Positions 1 to 8,479 of a DNA stretch of 64,000 nt are shown piece after piece (the first letter of the stretch is position 1; each line of letters starts with the position of its first letter). The stretch spans positions 49,867-113,866 of the forward strand of contig JANLWW010000060.1 of NCBI GenBank assembly GCA_031364805.1, given 5' to 3'. The notes beneath the pieces were generated by a model. The model saw only the letters and a list, made by a program, of their open reading frames with translations, was not told the DNA's origin and made no database searches. Source of the stretch: Acidobacteriota bacterium. Lineage in GTDB: Bacteria; Acidobacteriota; Vicinamibacteria; Vicinamibacterales; UBA2999. Position numbers and translations under genes: made by a program.

Positions 1-36
1 CGAGTATCTCCATAGGACCATGGGGGCCAGCCCCCT

Positions 37-762
37 TTACGTCTTCAGCAACGCTTCGATTCGGGCGCGCACCACTCCGATCAACTCGTCGCGATCGTCA
101 ACGCCCATCCCGGTCGTTTCCACCGGCTCGCCAATGCGAATGCGGCACATGACGGGCCGGACGAACCAACTGCCCTTGCGCATGGCATCGCGGCCGCCAG
201 AAATGGCCACTGGCACAATCGGCGCCTGCGCCTTGATGGCCATGATGAAGCCGCCCTTCTTGAATGGCAAGAGCTCCGAGGTCCGGCTGCGGGTGCCTTC
301 CGGAAAAATCAGGAAAGAGTTACCGGCGCGAATGGAATCGGCCGCGCGATCGATCGATGCCATCGAAGCCTCTTTGCGCTCGCGCTCCACTGCGACGAAG
401 CCGCCAGCCAGCATAACCTTGCCGAGGATGGGCAGCTTCTTGAGCTCGGCCTTGAACAGCACATGCAACCGACGGTGCAGCGCCTGAAACAGTACGGGCG
501 GGTCGACGTTGCTTTCGTGGTTGGAACAGAAGACCACCGCTCGCCCGGCCGGGGCCTTCTCCGCTCCGGTCACCCGGTAACGGATTCCCGCCAGCCCCAG
601 GGCGAGGCCGACGCCGATGTGCCCAAGCTCGTAGAGCACACCTTTAAGTTTGAAGGGAATGGCGATGCCGAGACCAATGGGGCCGGCGATCAGGACGTAC
701 ACGGAGACGACGAGGTAGGTCAGTACAGACCTGACCCCGGCAATCAAAGACGCCAGGCTCAT
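37..762 (-). CDS. plsC: 1-acyl-sn-glycerol-3-phosphate acyltransferase
   Basis: HX4D motif NHESNVDP and FPEGTRS motif; N-terminal membrane helices. Confidence 0.85.
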   Translation of the reverse strand: MSLASLIAGVRSVLTYLVVSVYVLIAGPIGLGIAIPFKLKGVLYELGHIGVGLALGLAGIRYRVTGAEKAPAGRAVVFCSNHESNVDPPVLFQALHRRLHVLFKAELKKLPILGKVMLAGGFVAVERERKEASMASIDRAADSIRAGNSFLIFPEGTRSRTSELLPFKKGGFIMAIKAQAPIVPVAISGGRDAMRKGSWFVRPVMCRIRIGEPVETTGMGVDDRDELIGVVRARIEALLKT

Positions 763-807
763 TTCTTCCCTTGTTTCAAGGAAAAATGAACCCGGCGTCC
801 TAGGGAA

Positions 808-1416
808 TTACGACGCGCGGGCCTGGCGACGAGCCGGAGCCGCCACTGGCGTCACGCGTGCGACCGCTTTCGCCGGGGCGGCCTTGGTCGCGCGGGTCGC
901 GGCCCGCTGCGCCGAGCGCGCCTTCTGGACGAAGCACTTCTCGAGCGCGGTGTTCACGCGCTCTTCGATGTCGGCCGCAGTGGTCCGCATCACTTCGGAA
1001 ATCTCCGAAACGATCAGGGCCTTGGCGCGATCGAGCATGCGCTTTTCGCGGAACGACAGGCTCTTCGACTTGGCCAGAAACGTGAGGCTCTTCAGCACAT
1101 CGGCCATGTCGTAAATCGAGCCGGTGCGCATCTTGTCGGAGTTGTCCTTGAAGCGACCCTTCCAGTTCTGGTGGTTGTCGATCTTGCCGTCGCCCAGCAG
1201 CTGGAACAGTCGTTCAACTTCTTCATCCGTAATCGCGCGGCGCAATCCAACGTTGTCGACGTTAGCTACGGGCACTAAGACGGTCGTTTCGTTCGAAAGA
1301 ATCCGAAGGTGAAAAAATCCACAAGTGGTTCCGAGAATGGTCTTCTCTTCGACCTTCTCGACAACCCCGAGCCCATGATTCGGGTAAATGACCTTGTCAC
1401 CGATCTTAAATCCCAC
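808..1416 (-). CDS. carD: CarD/CdnL family transcriptional regulator
   Basis: FKIGDKVIYPNHGLGVVEKVEE is the typical CarD N-terminal domain. GTG at 1416 is preceded by GAGGGG and fits homolog starts better than the ORF-track start at 1467. Confidence 0.85.
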   Translation of the reverse strand: MGFKIGDKVIYPNHGLGVVEKVEEKTILGTTCGFFHLRILSNETTVLVPVANVDNVGLRRAITDEEVERLFQLLGDGKIDNHQNWKGRFKDNSDKMRTGSIYDMADVLKSLTFLAKSKSLSFREKRMLDRAKALIVSEISEVMRTTAADIEERVNTALEKCFVQKARSAQRAATRATKAAPAKAVARVTPVAAPARRQARAS

Positions 1417-1623
1417 GTGCCCCTCGTTTCGAGATGGTGATACTGGCAGGACTGAGTGCGCTATCAAGTTCAGTGAGTATAGCCGAGAAAACAGGCAAAA
1501 TCAACGGAAATAGGCCAAAAAAGGCTCCTTTTCGTGAATTCAAGGCGACCACACCCGCCCCGAGTAACCCCTGATTCGACACACGGTTAGGCGCTTTTAC
1601 CCCCCTGTTAAGAGGGCCTTGAT

Positions 1624-2214
1624 ATGCTCACGCACATGTTCAAATTTGTCCTGCAGCTCGGCCTGGCCACCATTCTGACTACCGGCACGTTTGCAGACAG
1701 TCAGGCCCCAGCGCCCAAGCGACCCGATGCCCCTCAACTGGCCCCGTATGTGCCGACTCCACCGGAGGTCGTCGAGCGGATGTTGACGCTGGCCGGGGTC
1801 AACAAGAGTGATGTCGTGATCGATCTGGGCTGCGGCGACGGCCGCATCCCCATTGCCGCGGCCAAGAACTACGGTGCGCGCGGTGTTGGGGTTGATATCG
1901 ACCCGCAACGCATTGCCGAGGCGAATGCCAACGCGAAGGCCGCTGGGGTCGAGCACCTCGTCTCCTTCAAGCTGCAGGACGCGATGACGACCGACGTATC
2001 GGGCGCGTCGGTCGTGACTCTCTATCTGCTCTCGGCGTCGAACCTCAAACTGCGCCCCATTCTCACCAAGCAGCTCAAGCCAGGTGCTCGCATCGTCGCC
2101 CACTCGTTCGGCATGGGCGACTGGACGCCGGAGAAGGCCGACTCGTTTACCGATGCCGAGGGCCGCAGCCGCATGCTGTTCCTCTACCGGGCAGACGGGA
2201 GGGTGCGCCAGTGA
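1624..2214 (+). CDS. class I SAM-dependent methyltransferase with N-terminal hydrophobic anchor or signal peptide
   Basis: Motif I VIDLGCGDGRI preceded by PYVPTPPEVVERML; hydrophobic N-terminus FKFVLQLGLATILTTGTFA; stop overlaps the next start (GTGA). Confidence 0.75.
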   Translation: MLTHMFKFVLQLGLATILTTGTFADSQAPAPKRPDAPQLAPYVPTPPEVVERMLTLAGVNKSDVVIDLGCGDGRIPIAAAKNYGARGVGVDIDPQRIAEANANAKAAGVEHLVSFKLQDAMTTDVSGASVVTLYLLSASNLKLRPILTKQLKPGARIVAHSFGMGDWTPEKADSFTDAEGRSRMLFLYRADGRVRQ

Positions 2215-4607
2215 CCGACTTCGAAAAGCTCGGCCTGTTCTACCTTGGTCGTGAGGTCGACCCGGCCAGCAGGACGCGCGGCGACCTGCCGGTGCTGTAC
2301 GACTCGTCCGACATGGTCACTCACGGGGTAATCGTCGGCATGACCGGGAGCGGCAAGACCGGGCTGGGCGTAGATCTGATCGAAGAGGCCGCCATTGACG
2401 GCGTGCCCGTCATTGCCATCGATCCAAAGGGCGACCTCGGCAATCTGCTGCTGACGTTTCCAGGATTGTCGGCGGCGGAGTTTACGCCGTGGGTAAACCC
2501 CGATGAGGCTCGTCGGGTCGGTCAGTCACCCGAGGCGTTTGGGCAGGCCGAAGCGGCGCGGTGGGCCAAGGGACTGGCCGAGTGGGGCCAGGACGGATCG
2601 CGGATCCAACGGCTGCGCGACGCGGCCGAGTTTGCCCTCTACACGCCCGGCAGTTCCAGTGGCCGGCCGATCTCGATCGTCAGGTCGTTCTCGGCGCCCG
2701 AGCCGGCAATTCTGAACGACCCGGAGCTGCTGTCGGACCGGGTGACAACGGCCGCAACCAGCGTGCTGACGCTGGCCGGCGTCAACGCTGAACCGTTCCG
2801 CAGCCGCGAGCACATCCTCGTTTCCACCTTGTTCACCGAAGCCTGGAGGGCCGGTATCGATCTCGACCTGCCGGCGCTGATTGCGCAGGTGCAGTCGCCG
2901 CCGCTCACCAAGGTCGGCGTGCTCGATCTCGAATCGTTCTACCCCGCCAAGGAACGCTTCGAGCTGGCCATGCAACTGAACCAGTTGTTGGCGGCGCCCG
3001 GCTTCGGCGCGTGGCTGCAAGGCGAGCCGCTCGACATCGACAAGCTGCTGTACGGCAACAACGGGCGGCCCCGGGTCAGCATCATCACCCTGTCGCACCT
3101 CGACGATCAGGAGCGGATGTTCTTCGTGTCGCTCCTCTTGAACGAACTGGTTGGCTGGATGCGCAGCCAGCGCGGCACATCGAGCCTGCGAGCCCTGGTC
3201 TACTTCGACGAGATTTTCGGCTTTCTGCCACCGGTGGCCAATCCGCCGTCGAAAGCGCCATTGCTCACGCTGCTGAAGCAGGCACGCGCGTTTGGGTTGG
3301 GCCTGACGGTGGCCACGCAGAATCCGGTGGACCTGGATTACAAGGCGCTCGCCAACGCCGGCACGTGGATGCTGGGCCGACTGCAGACCGATCGGGACAA
3401 GGCCCGCGTGCTCGATGGCCTTGAAGGCGCGGCCGGCACGGCCGGCGCCAGCTTCGATCGCGCCCACCTGGATCAGCTGCTGTCGTCGCTCGGCAAGCGC
3501 GTGTTCCTCTTGCACAACGTGCACGAGAAAGAGCCGGTGGTCTTCGAAACCCGTTGGGCGCTCTCTTATTTACGAGGGCCGCTTGGACGAGACGAGATCA
3601 GGACGCTGACGGCTTCGTCAGTGCCAGCTGTGGCCAAGGTACCGGCCAACGCAGCCGAAGGCCAATCTGGCGAGACCTCACCGAAGCTCGCTCAGCAAAC
3701 CAACGCGAGCGCCGGCTGGCCGATCCTCGATCCCGGCATTCAGCAGTACTTCGTGCCTGGCGGCGACTCGTCTGTGCCGATGGTGCTTGGCGTCGCGAGG
3801 GTCTCGTACTCGGATGCCAAACTCGGGCTCGATGAAACGCGCGAGATCGCAGTGCTCACGCCGATCGCGGAGGGTCCGGTCGCGGTGGACTGGGAGCAGG
3901 CCGAACCGGCTGACTTCGCGGTGAAGGACCTGCTGACGTCACCTGAGAGATCGTCGGCCAGGTTCGCGCCGCTGCCGGCGGCCGCCGCGAAACCCAGGAG
4001 TTACGCCACCTGGGAAAAAGACTTTGCGCGATGGGCGGCGCAGTCGCAGTCGATTGAGCTGTTCAAGAGCCCGCGAGCCAAGGTCCTGTCGGCACCCGAT
4101 GAATCTGAGCGCGACTTCCGCATCAGGCTTGGCAGTGACGCGCGCGAGGCCCGCGATGCCGCGCTGGCCAAGGTCCGGGACAAGTACGCGGCCAAGCTCA
4201 CCGCGATTGAGGACCGCATTCGTCGCGCCGAGCAGGCCGTGCAGGTGCAGAGCGAACAAGCGACGGGCGCCAAGATGTCGGCCGCCGTGTCGATTGGCGC
4301 GACGATTTTTGGCGCCCTGCTCGGCCGCAAAGCCGTGAGCGCCAGCACGCTCGGTCGCGCCACGACGGCGGCGCGTGGCATGGGCAAGGTCGGCCGCGAG
4401 GCGCAGGATGTGACCCGCGCCTCGGAGAACGTGACCGCGCTCACGCAGCAGCAGACGGATCTGCAGGCGGAACTCGAGACCGATCTGCAGGCGGTGTCGG
4501 CCGACTGGGACCTGTCGGCTGAAGCGCTCGAGCGCGTGCTGGTGAAGCCCAAGCGCGGTGGCGTGTCGGTGCAGTTGGTCGCACTGGCATGGGTCCCCCG
4601 CCCATGA
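2211..4607 (+). CDS. HerA/FtsK-like P-loop ATPase (DUF87-like) with long coiled-coil C-terminal region
   Basis: Walker A GMTGSGKTG, Walker B-like LVYFDEIFGF, ATQNPVDLD and GRLQTDRD motifs; 798 aa. Confidence 0.8.
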   Translation: MTDFEKLGLFYLGREVDPASRTRGDLPVLYDSSDMVTHGVIVGMTGSGKTGLGVDLIEEAAIDGVPVIAIDPKGDLGNLLLTFPGLSAAEFTPWVNPDEARRVGQSPEAFGQAEAARWAKGLAEWGQDGSRIQRLRDAAEFALYTPGSSSGRPISIVRSFSAPEPAILNDPELLSDRVTTAATSVLTLAGVNAEPFRSREHILVSTLFTEAWRAGIDLDLPALIAQVQSPPLTKVGVLDLESFYPAKERFELAMQLNQLLAAPGFGAWLQGEPLDIDKLLYGNNGRPRVSIITLSHLDDQERMFFVSLLLNELVGWMRSQRGTSSLRALVYFDEIFGFLPPVANPPSKAPLLTLLKQARAFGLGLTVATQNPVDLDYKALANAGTWMLGRLQTDRDKARVLDGLEGAAGTAGASFDRAHLDQLLSSLGKRVFLLHNVHEKEPVVFETRWALSYLRGPLGRDEIRTLTASSVPAVAKVPANAAEGQSGETSPKLAQQTNASAGWPILDPGIQQYFVPGGDSSVPMVLGVARVSYSDAKLGLDETREIAVLTPIAEGPVAVDWEQAEPADFAVKDLLTSPERSSARFAPLPAAAAKPRSYATWEKDFARWAAQSQSIELFKSPRAKVLSAPDESERDFRIRLGSDAREARDAALAKVRDKYAAKLTAIEDRIRRAEQAVQVQSEQATGAKMSAAVSIGATIFGALLGRKAVSASTLGRATTAARGMGKVGREAQDVTRASENVTALTQQQTDLQAELETDLQAVSADWDLSAEALERVLVKPKRGGVSVQLVALAWVPRP

Positions 4608-4683
4608 CCCACCCTCTCGCTCGCGGCTGCGCCTGAGCTTGTGTGGGCCTGCGGCCAGCGCTACCCTCGATCCCGGAGGTCGT

Positions 4684-5358
4684 GTGCGTCGACTTTGGTT
4701 ATCAAGTTTGATCGTTTCCCTCGCGGGGGTGGCAGCGTGTTCCAGTTCGCCCTCGTCGCCCACTCCCGCGCCACCGCCCACGGCGGCATGCTCGTACACG
4801 CTCGGCAGCACGACGCTGAGCATGGCAGGTGTCGGCGGCACTGCATCAATTGGCGTCACCACCAATAGCGGCTGCGCGTGGAGCGTGACTTCGAGCGGAT
4901 CGTTCTTCACGGTAACGTCAGCGACCAGCAGCTCGGGCCCCGGAACGGTGGGCATCACCGTCTCTGAGAACCTGGGTGACGCCCGCAGCGCGACGCTGAC
5001 CATCGCCGGGCAAACGGTCACCGTGAATCAAGCCGCTGGCGATCCGGTGTTTGGCAACTGGGCCGGAACCATCACCAAGGGGGCCGGCTGCGCCGCCAGC
5101 CTGCCGTCATCGGTGCAGTGGACGGGCTTGCTGCGCCGAAATGCCGGTGGGTTCCACGAGTTCGTCATCAACATCCCCGCGGTGCAGGTCGTGAACCAGA
5201 CCGTGAACGTCACGATCACTGGTAACACCCTGCAGTTCGCGGTGATCGTTGACGCGCTTTACACGTTCACCGCAACGTTGGCCGCGGACCGGCGGTCGCT
5301 GACTGGCACTTTTACGGGAGGGACCTGCAACGGAACCTGGAGCGGTTCGCGCCAGTAA
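4684..5358 (+). CDS. lipoprotein with BACON-like Ig-fold module
   Basis: GTG at 4684 gives VRRLWLSSLIVSLAGVAAC (lipobox-like). The pattern CSYTL...GCAWSVTS...ARSATLTIAGQTVTVNQ is typical of BACON-type domains. The ORF-track start at 4558 would overlap the upstream gene. Confidence 0.6.
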   Translation: MRRLWLSSLIVSLAGVAACSSSPSSPTPAPPPTAACSYTLGSTTLSMAGVGGTASIGVTTNSGCAWSVTSSGSFFTVTSATSSSGPGTVGITVSENLGDARSATLTIAGQTVTVNQAAGDPVFGNWAGTITKGAGCAASLPSSVQWTGLLRRNAGGFHEFVINIPAVQVVNQTVNVTITGNTLQFAVIVDALYTFTATLAADRRSLTGTFTGGTCNGTWSGSRQ

Positions 5359-5408
5359 CCAAACCTTGGCAGCGGCCTGGTAGGATTCCTACCAGTAAGA
5401 GTCTTACC

Positions 5409-5664
5409 ATGCGAATTACCAGTAAGGGCCAAGTCACCATTCCGCAGCACATCCGCGAAGAGCTGGGCCTGCACCCCAACACCGAGGTTGAGTTTTCGGT
5501 CGAGGACGGGCGAGCCGTGCTCAACCCCAAAGCCGATCCGCCTGAGTCCAGGCGAGAAACTGGTGAAGCATATTCGCGCGAGTGGGACGGGAAAAATGAT
5601 CATGAGCAGCAAGGAATTGATGGCGCTGCTGCGTGACGAGCCCGATGAACTCGACGCTGATTGA
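5409..5664 (+). pseudogene. vapB: AbrB/SpoVT-type VapB antitoxin, apparently frameshifted
   Basis: N-terminus MRITSKGQVTIPQHIREELGL lies in the frame of 5409. The family-typical C-terminus GEKLVKHIRASGTGKMIMSSKELMALLRDE lies in the +1 frame and ends with TGA at 5662-5664. The switch falls between about 5515 and 5550. Confidence 0.55.
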
Positions 5665-5973
5665 TTCGAACGTCCTGATCGATCTCCTGGACGACGAGTC
5701 GGAGTGGCGATCCTGGTCGGACGCGATGCTCCAGTTCTGTCGGGACCGGGGGCCCGTCGTCATCAACCCCATCATTTTTGCAGAAGTGTCGTCAGGCTTT
5801 ACCTCGGCGGACAGGCGTTTCGCGTGTATCGCCGACGTGGCGGCGAGCGCCGGTCACCCCTGCCTGACTTCTACATCGGCGCGCACGCTGCAGTGGCCGG
5901 CCACACTCTCCTGACCCGCGATGCCCGCCGGTATCGGCATTACTTCCCCAAGCTGCGGATCATCGCCCCTTAA
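5645..5973 (+). pseudogene. vapC: PIN-domain VapC toxin, disrupted by frameshift and probable internal deletion
   Basis: N-part MNSTLIDSNVLIDLL...IIFAEVSSGF lies in one frame. C-part AFRVYRRRGGERRSPLPDFYIGAHAAVAGHTLLTRDARRYRHYFPKL lies in another frame (ORFs 5633..5914 and 5704..5973). The combined length is about 100 aa, against roughly 135 aa expected. Confidence 0.7.
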
Positions 5974-5997
5974 CGAGGCCGCCGGTCAGGCTATAAT
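5970..5997 (+). promoter_or_regulatory. sigma70-type promoter for tRNA-Leu
   Basis: TTAACG (5970-5975), 16-nt spacer, perfect TATAAT (5992-5997), 11 nt before the tRNA 5' end. Confidence 0.5.
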
Positions 5998-6008
5998 TCC
6001 AAGTTCGG

Positions 6009-6095
6009 GCCGGAATGGCGGAACTGGCAGACGCGCGGGACTCAAAATCCCGTACTCGCAAGAGTGTGTGGGTTCGACCCCCTCTTCCGGCACCA
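6009..6095 (+). tRNA. tRNA-Leu (anticodon CAA), CCA encoded
   Basis: Acceptor GCCGGAA/TTCCGGC; anticodon stem-loop CGGGA-CTCAAAA-TCCCG; long variable arm; GTTCGA T-loop; 3' ACCA. Confidence 0.92.
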
Positions 6096-6101
6096 ACCTT
6101 C

Positions 6102-6123
6102 GCTCCCCCAGTTCCGAGGGAGC
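6102..6123. terminator. hairpin between tRNA-Leu and a convergent membrane-protein gene
   Basis: GCTCCC-N10-GGGAGC, 6-bp stem, no clear U tract. Confidence 0.35.
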
Positions 6124-6145
6124 TTCACACCGCGACATTGGCACG

Positions 6146-6550
6146 TCACGCCAAACTGACCCAGCACACCAGGGCCGCCCGTGCGGTCCAGGCGACCGTG
6201 CGAATCCAGTTCGTCGACACCAACCGCCGGTGGACGTCAGGAGAAAACCCTTTCGCGAGGCGCGCGTGGCACGGCACCTGTAGCGTGAACGTCGATACCC
6301 AAATGATGGTCAGCAACACCAGGCCCGCAACTGCCGTTGGCGACACACTTGGCGCCAGCGCAACAAGCGCGACGGCTGTGCCGAGTTCGATCACCATCGG
6401 TGGGACCACCACCCAGCTGGTGCGCGCGGCGTGGGCGTGCTCATAGTCGGGGAACGCCGAAGGTCCGGCCTGCGCGAACAGCGGGTAGTGCACGATCTGA
6501 ACAAACCAGATGATGCCCGCCATCACCAGCGTCGATGACATGTGGGACAT
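6146..6550 (-). CDS. small integral membrane protein (about 4 TM helices)
   Basis: Hydrophobic segments MAGIIWFVQIVHYPLF, VVVPPMVIELGTAVALVAL, GLVLLTIIWVSTF. ATG at 6550 is chosen, but a TTG at 6583 overlapping the upstream stop is also possible. Confidence 0.6.
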   Translation of the reverse strand: MSHMSSTLVMAGIIWFVQIVHYPLFAQAGPSAFPDYEHAHAARTSWVVVPPMVIELGTAVALVALAPSVSPTAVAGLVLLTIIWVSTFTLQVPCHARLAKGFSPDVHRRLVSTNWIRTVAWTARAALVCWVSLA

Positions 6551-6579
6551 GAGCAGCCCCGCTATCAGCGGATCGCTCG

Positions 6580-7053
6580 TCAACGTGACCGCTCCCACTC
6601 CCCCGACTCCACCAGGCGTTTCGTGGTCTCGTGGCGGTAAGCAAACATTCGCTCGATCTGTCGCGTGATCAGCCAGCCCCCAAACCACTGTCCCAGCATG
6701 CCGAGAGGCGGGGCGTAGTCCACCTGATCACGCAGGATGGTGCCGCCGGCACCGTCATCCAGGAACTCGTGACGGTGATGCCACTGCGCGAACGGACCCG
6801 ACACTTGTCGATCGGCAAACAGGTGCGGCGGATCATAGTCGGTATGCAGGGCAACCCAGGTGACTGGCAGTAATCCCAACATGCGACCCTTAAGGACCAC
6901 ACGGCTGCCCGGCTTCAGGGACCCGCTTGACTCGGCGACGCGCATGTTCTCCCAGGGCGGAATCAGCGACGTCAGCGCCGAGGGGCTCTCGTGGAAACGA
7001 AACACCACGGCCGGAGACGCGGCGATGCGCGACTCCTTGATGAACCGCGTCAC
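6580..7053 (-). CDS. SRPBCC (START/cyclase-dehydrase-like) family protein
   Basis: Pattern IAASPAVVFRFHESPSALTSLIPPW...FADRQVSGPFAQWHHRHEF; GTG at 7053 overlaps the upstream stop (GTGA). Confidence 0.75.
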   Translation of the reverse strand: MTRFIKESRIAASPAVVFRFHESPSALTSLIPPWENMRVAESSGSLKPGSRVVLKGRMLGLLPVTWVALHTDYDPPHLFADRQVSGPFAQWHHRHEFLDDGAGGTILRDQVDYAPPLGMLGQWFGGWLITRQIERMFAYRHETTKRLVESGEWERSR

Positions 7054-7331
7054 GGTTGAACCGAGACACCCTTCCAGAATGCCACCCGGCCGGCGACGTG
7101 GGCGGCCTCGGGCTTCGGCGCTGGATAGTACCAAGCCGCGTCAAGGTTGTCCTGGCCATTCACCGACACGGTGTAATACGACGCCAGCCCTTTCCATCCG
7201 CAGACCGTCGTCTTGGCGCTGGCGCGGAAGAACTCGGGCTTGATCGCGTCGGGCGGGAAATAGTGATTACCTTCGACAACTACGGTGTCTGCGCTTTCGG
7301 CGATCACCACGCCGTTCCAGATAGCCTGCAT
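7050..7331 (-). CDS. DUF427 domain protein
   Basis: WNGVVIAESADTVVVEGNHYFPPD...CGWKGLASYY...AAWYY matches the DUF427 pattern. Confidence 0.8.
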   Translation of the reverse strand: MQAIWNGVVIAESADTVVVEGNHYFPPDAIKPEFFRASAKTTVCGWKGLASYYTVSVNGQDNLDAAWYYPAPKPEAAHVAGRVAFWKGVSVQP

Positions 7332-7392
7332 ATGGAGTGTAGGACGCGGGCCCGGTCACCAGTGGTTCATGGCCGCGGCCGCGCCAATAAGA

Positions 7393-7728
7393 CTAGGCGC
7401 AGTTCGGGCACGACCTCCACTCGCCCACAGCGTTTCGCGTCAAGGACTTACCGCACTCAAGGCATTGCGCAATGTGGCCTACCGCTGGACCGGCTCGCGG
7501 CGTGGGCTTACTGGCTTCCAGTTCCGCCGCCGTCACCACCTCGAGAAATTGTTCGGCGAATGAGGTCTTGATGGTCTTGAGCTGGTCACCGAACCGGACG
7601 AACACACTCTCGCCGTTGGCGCCCTCGACCTTGCCAATGCCCCACTCAGGCCGTGATCGATGCCGTACGTGCTTGCCTGCGTCAATTGCCATCGCTATCA
7701 GCATAGCGCCTCGCAACTGACGCGGCAT
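7393..7728 (-). CDS. hypothetical protein, DUF3553-like N-domain plus C-terminal zinc ribbon
   Basis: GKHVRHRSRPEWGIGKVEG...VFVRFGD; CLECGK...CPNC. Confidence 0.5.
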   Translation of the reverse strand: MPRQLRGAMLIAMAIDAGKHVRHRSRPEWGIGKVEGANGESVFVRFGDQLKTIKTSFAEQFLEVVTAAELEASKPTPRAGPAVGHIAQCLECGKSLTRNAVGEWRSCPNCA

Positions 7729-7750
7729 CCAGGACGTGAGTTGATACGGA

Positions 7751-8350
7751 TCAGGCCAAGCGAAGGCGCTTCAACAGGCGCACGATCCTGGCCCGGAAGC
7801 GGTCATCGACCCACTCCTCCTTGACGTCGCGCTTGTCGTGTTGCGGCTGGCCGTCGGAGATCTGCCCGAACATCAGCAAGCGTGTCGCCTCGAGCAGGCC
7901 CTCAGCGCCGAACGGCTTCTCGATGAACGATTCGCCATCACCCAGTTCGTTGACACCCTGGAACAAGGTATCGGGAAAGCCGGTCACGTAAAGCACGCGC
8001 GTTGACGGATAGCGTTGACGCACGACATTCGCCAACTCGCGCCCGTTCATGTGCGGCATCATCAAGTCGGTCACCAGCAGATCGACGCCGAGGAAGGTCG
8101 GCATGTCGAGCAGCCGCGCCGCCTCGACGCCGGACTCGCTCGATTGAATCTCGTAGTTGTCGATCGACAGCACGCGCACCATCAGATTCAATACCGGCTG
8201 CTCGTCGTCGACGACGAGCACGCGCTTGCGAACGGTGAGCGGGGGACGCGACAGGGTGGCAGATGCGGGAACGTCCCCAGGCCGGTGAATCAGCGGGACG
8301 TTTGGAACCGGCATTTGAGCCGTTGGCTGCGGAGGACCGGCGGCGACCAT
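7751..8350 (-). CDS. response regulator receiver-domain protein with no obvious output domain
   Basis: KRVLVVDDEQPVL...DLLVTDLMMPHMNG...RVLYVTGF; the start could instead be the internal Met at 8314. Confidence 0.8.
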   Translation of the reverse strand: MVAAGPPQPTAQMPVPNVPLIHRPGDVPASATLSRPPLTVRKRVLVVDDEQPVLNLMVRVLSIDNYEIQSSESGVEAARLLDMPTFLGVDLLVTDLMMPHMNGRELANVVRQRYPSTRVLYVTGFPDTLFQGVNELGDGESFIEKPFGAEGLLEATRLLMFGQISDGQPQHDKRDVKEEWVDDRFRARIVRLLKRLRLA

Positions 8351-8479
8351 CGAACGTGTATCTTACCGCCTGGGGATGGGTTTGATTGTCGGGGATCGAA
8401 GTGCCAGCGGGACAGTTAGCAGACACCAGATGACGCAGGGGACATATGCCCCTGCGCCACCTGTCCGAATCGGCCGCGC

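Noticed and set aside
4558-4683. The ORF-track start at 4558 for the BACON-like lipoprotein, which overlaps the ATPase gene by 50 nt.
   Set aside because: The upstream 42 codons are Arg/Ser/Pro-rich with no signal-peptide character. GTG at 4684 yields a proper n-region plus hydrophobic core plus Cys lipobox-like site.
2526-5021. Long antisense or out-of-frame ORFs, here 2526..3524 and 3939..5021. The same class occurs elsewhere: 13515..14114, 13613..14392, 16023..16793, 22734..23822, 24056..25153, 35868..37193, 38246..39460, 44323..45858, 45962..46903, 48048..48962, 49622..50620, 51364..52344, 53166..54038 and 61773..62642.
   Set aside because: These are shadow ORFs typical of high-GC DNA. 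They have Arg/Ala/Gly/Pro-rich composition and no recognisable motifs. Each fully overlaps a gene with clear family signatures on the other strand or in another frame.
5974-7400. A genomic island integrated at tRNA-Leu.
   Set aside because: There is no integrase, no direct repeat of the tRNA 3' end, and the flanking genes (SRPBCC, DUF427, a membrane protein) look like ordinary chromosomal genes of typical composition. Only the decayed vapBC upstream hints at past mobility.
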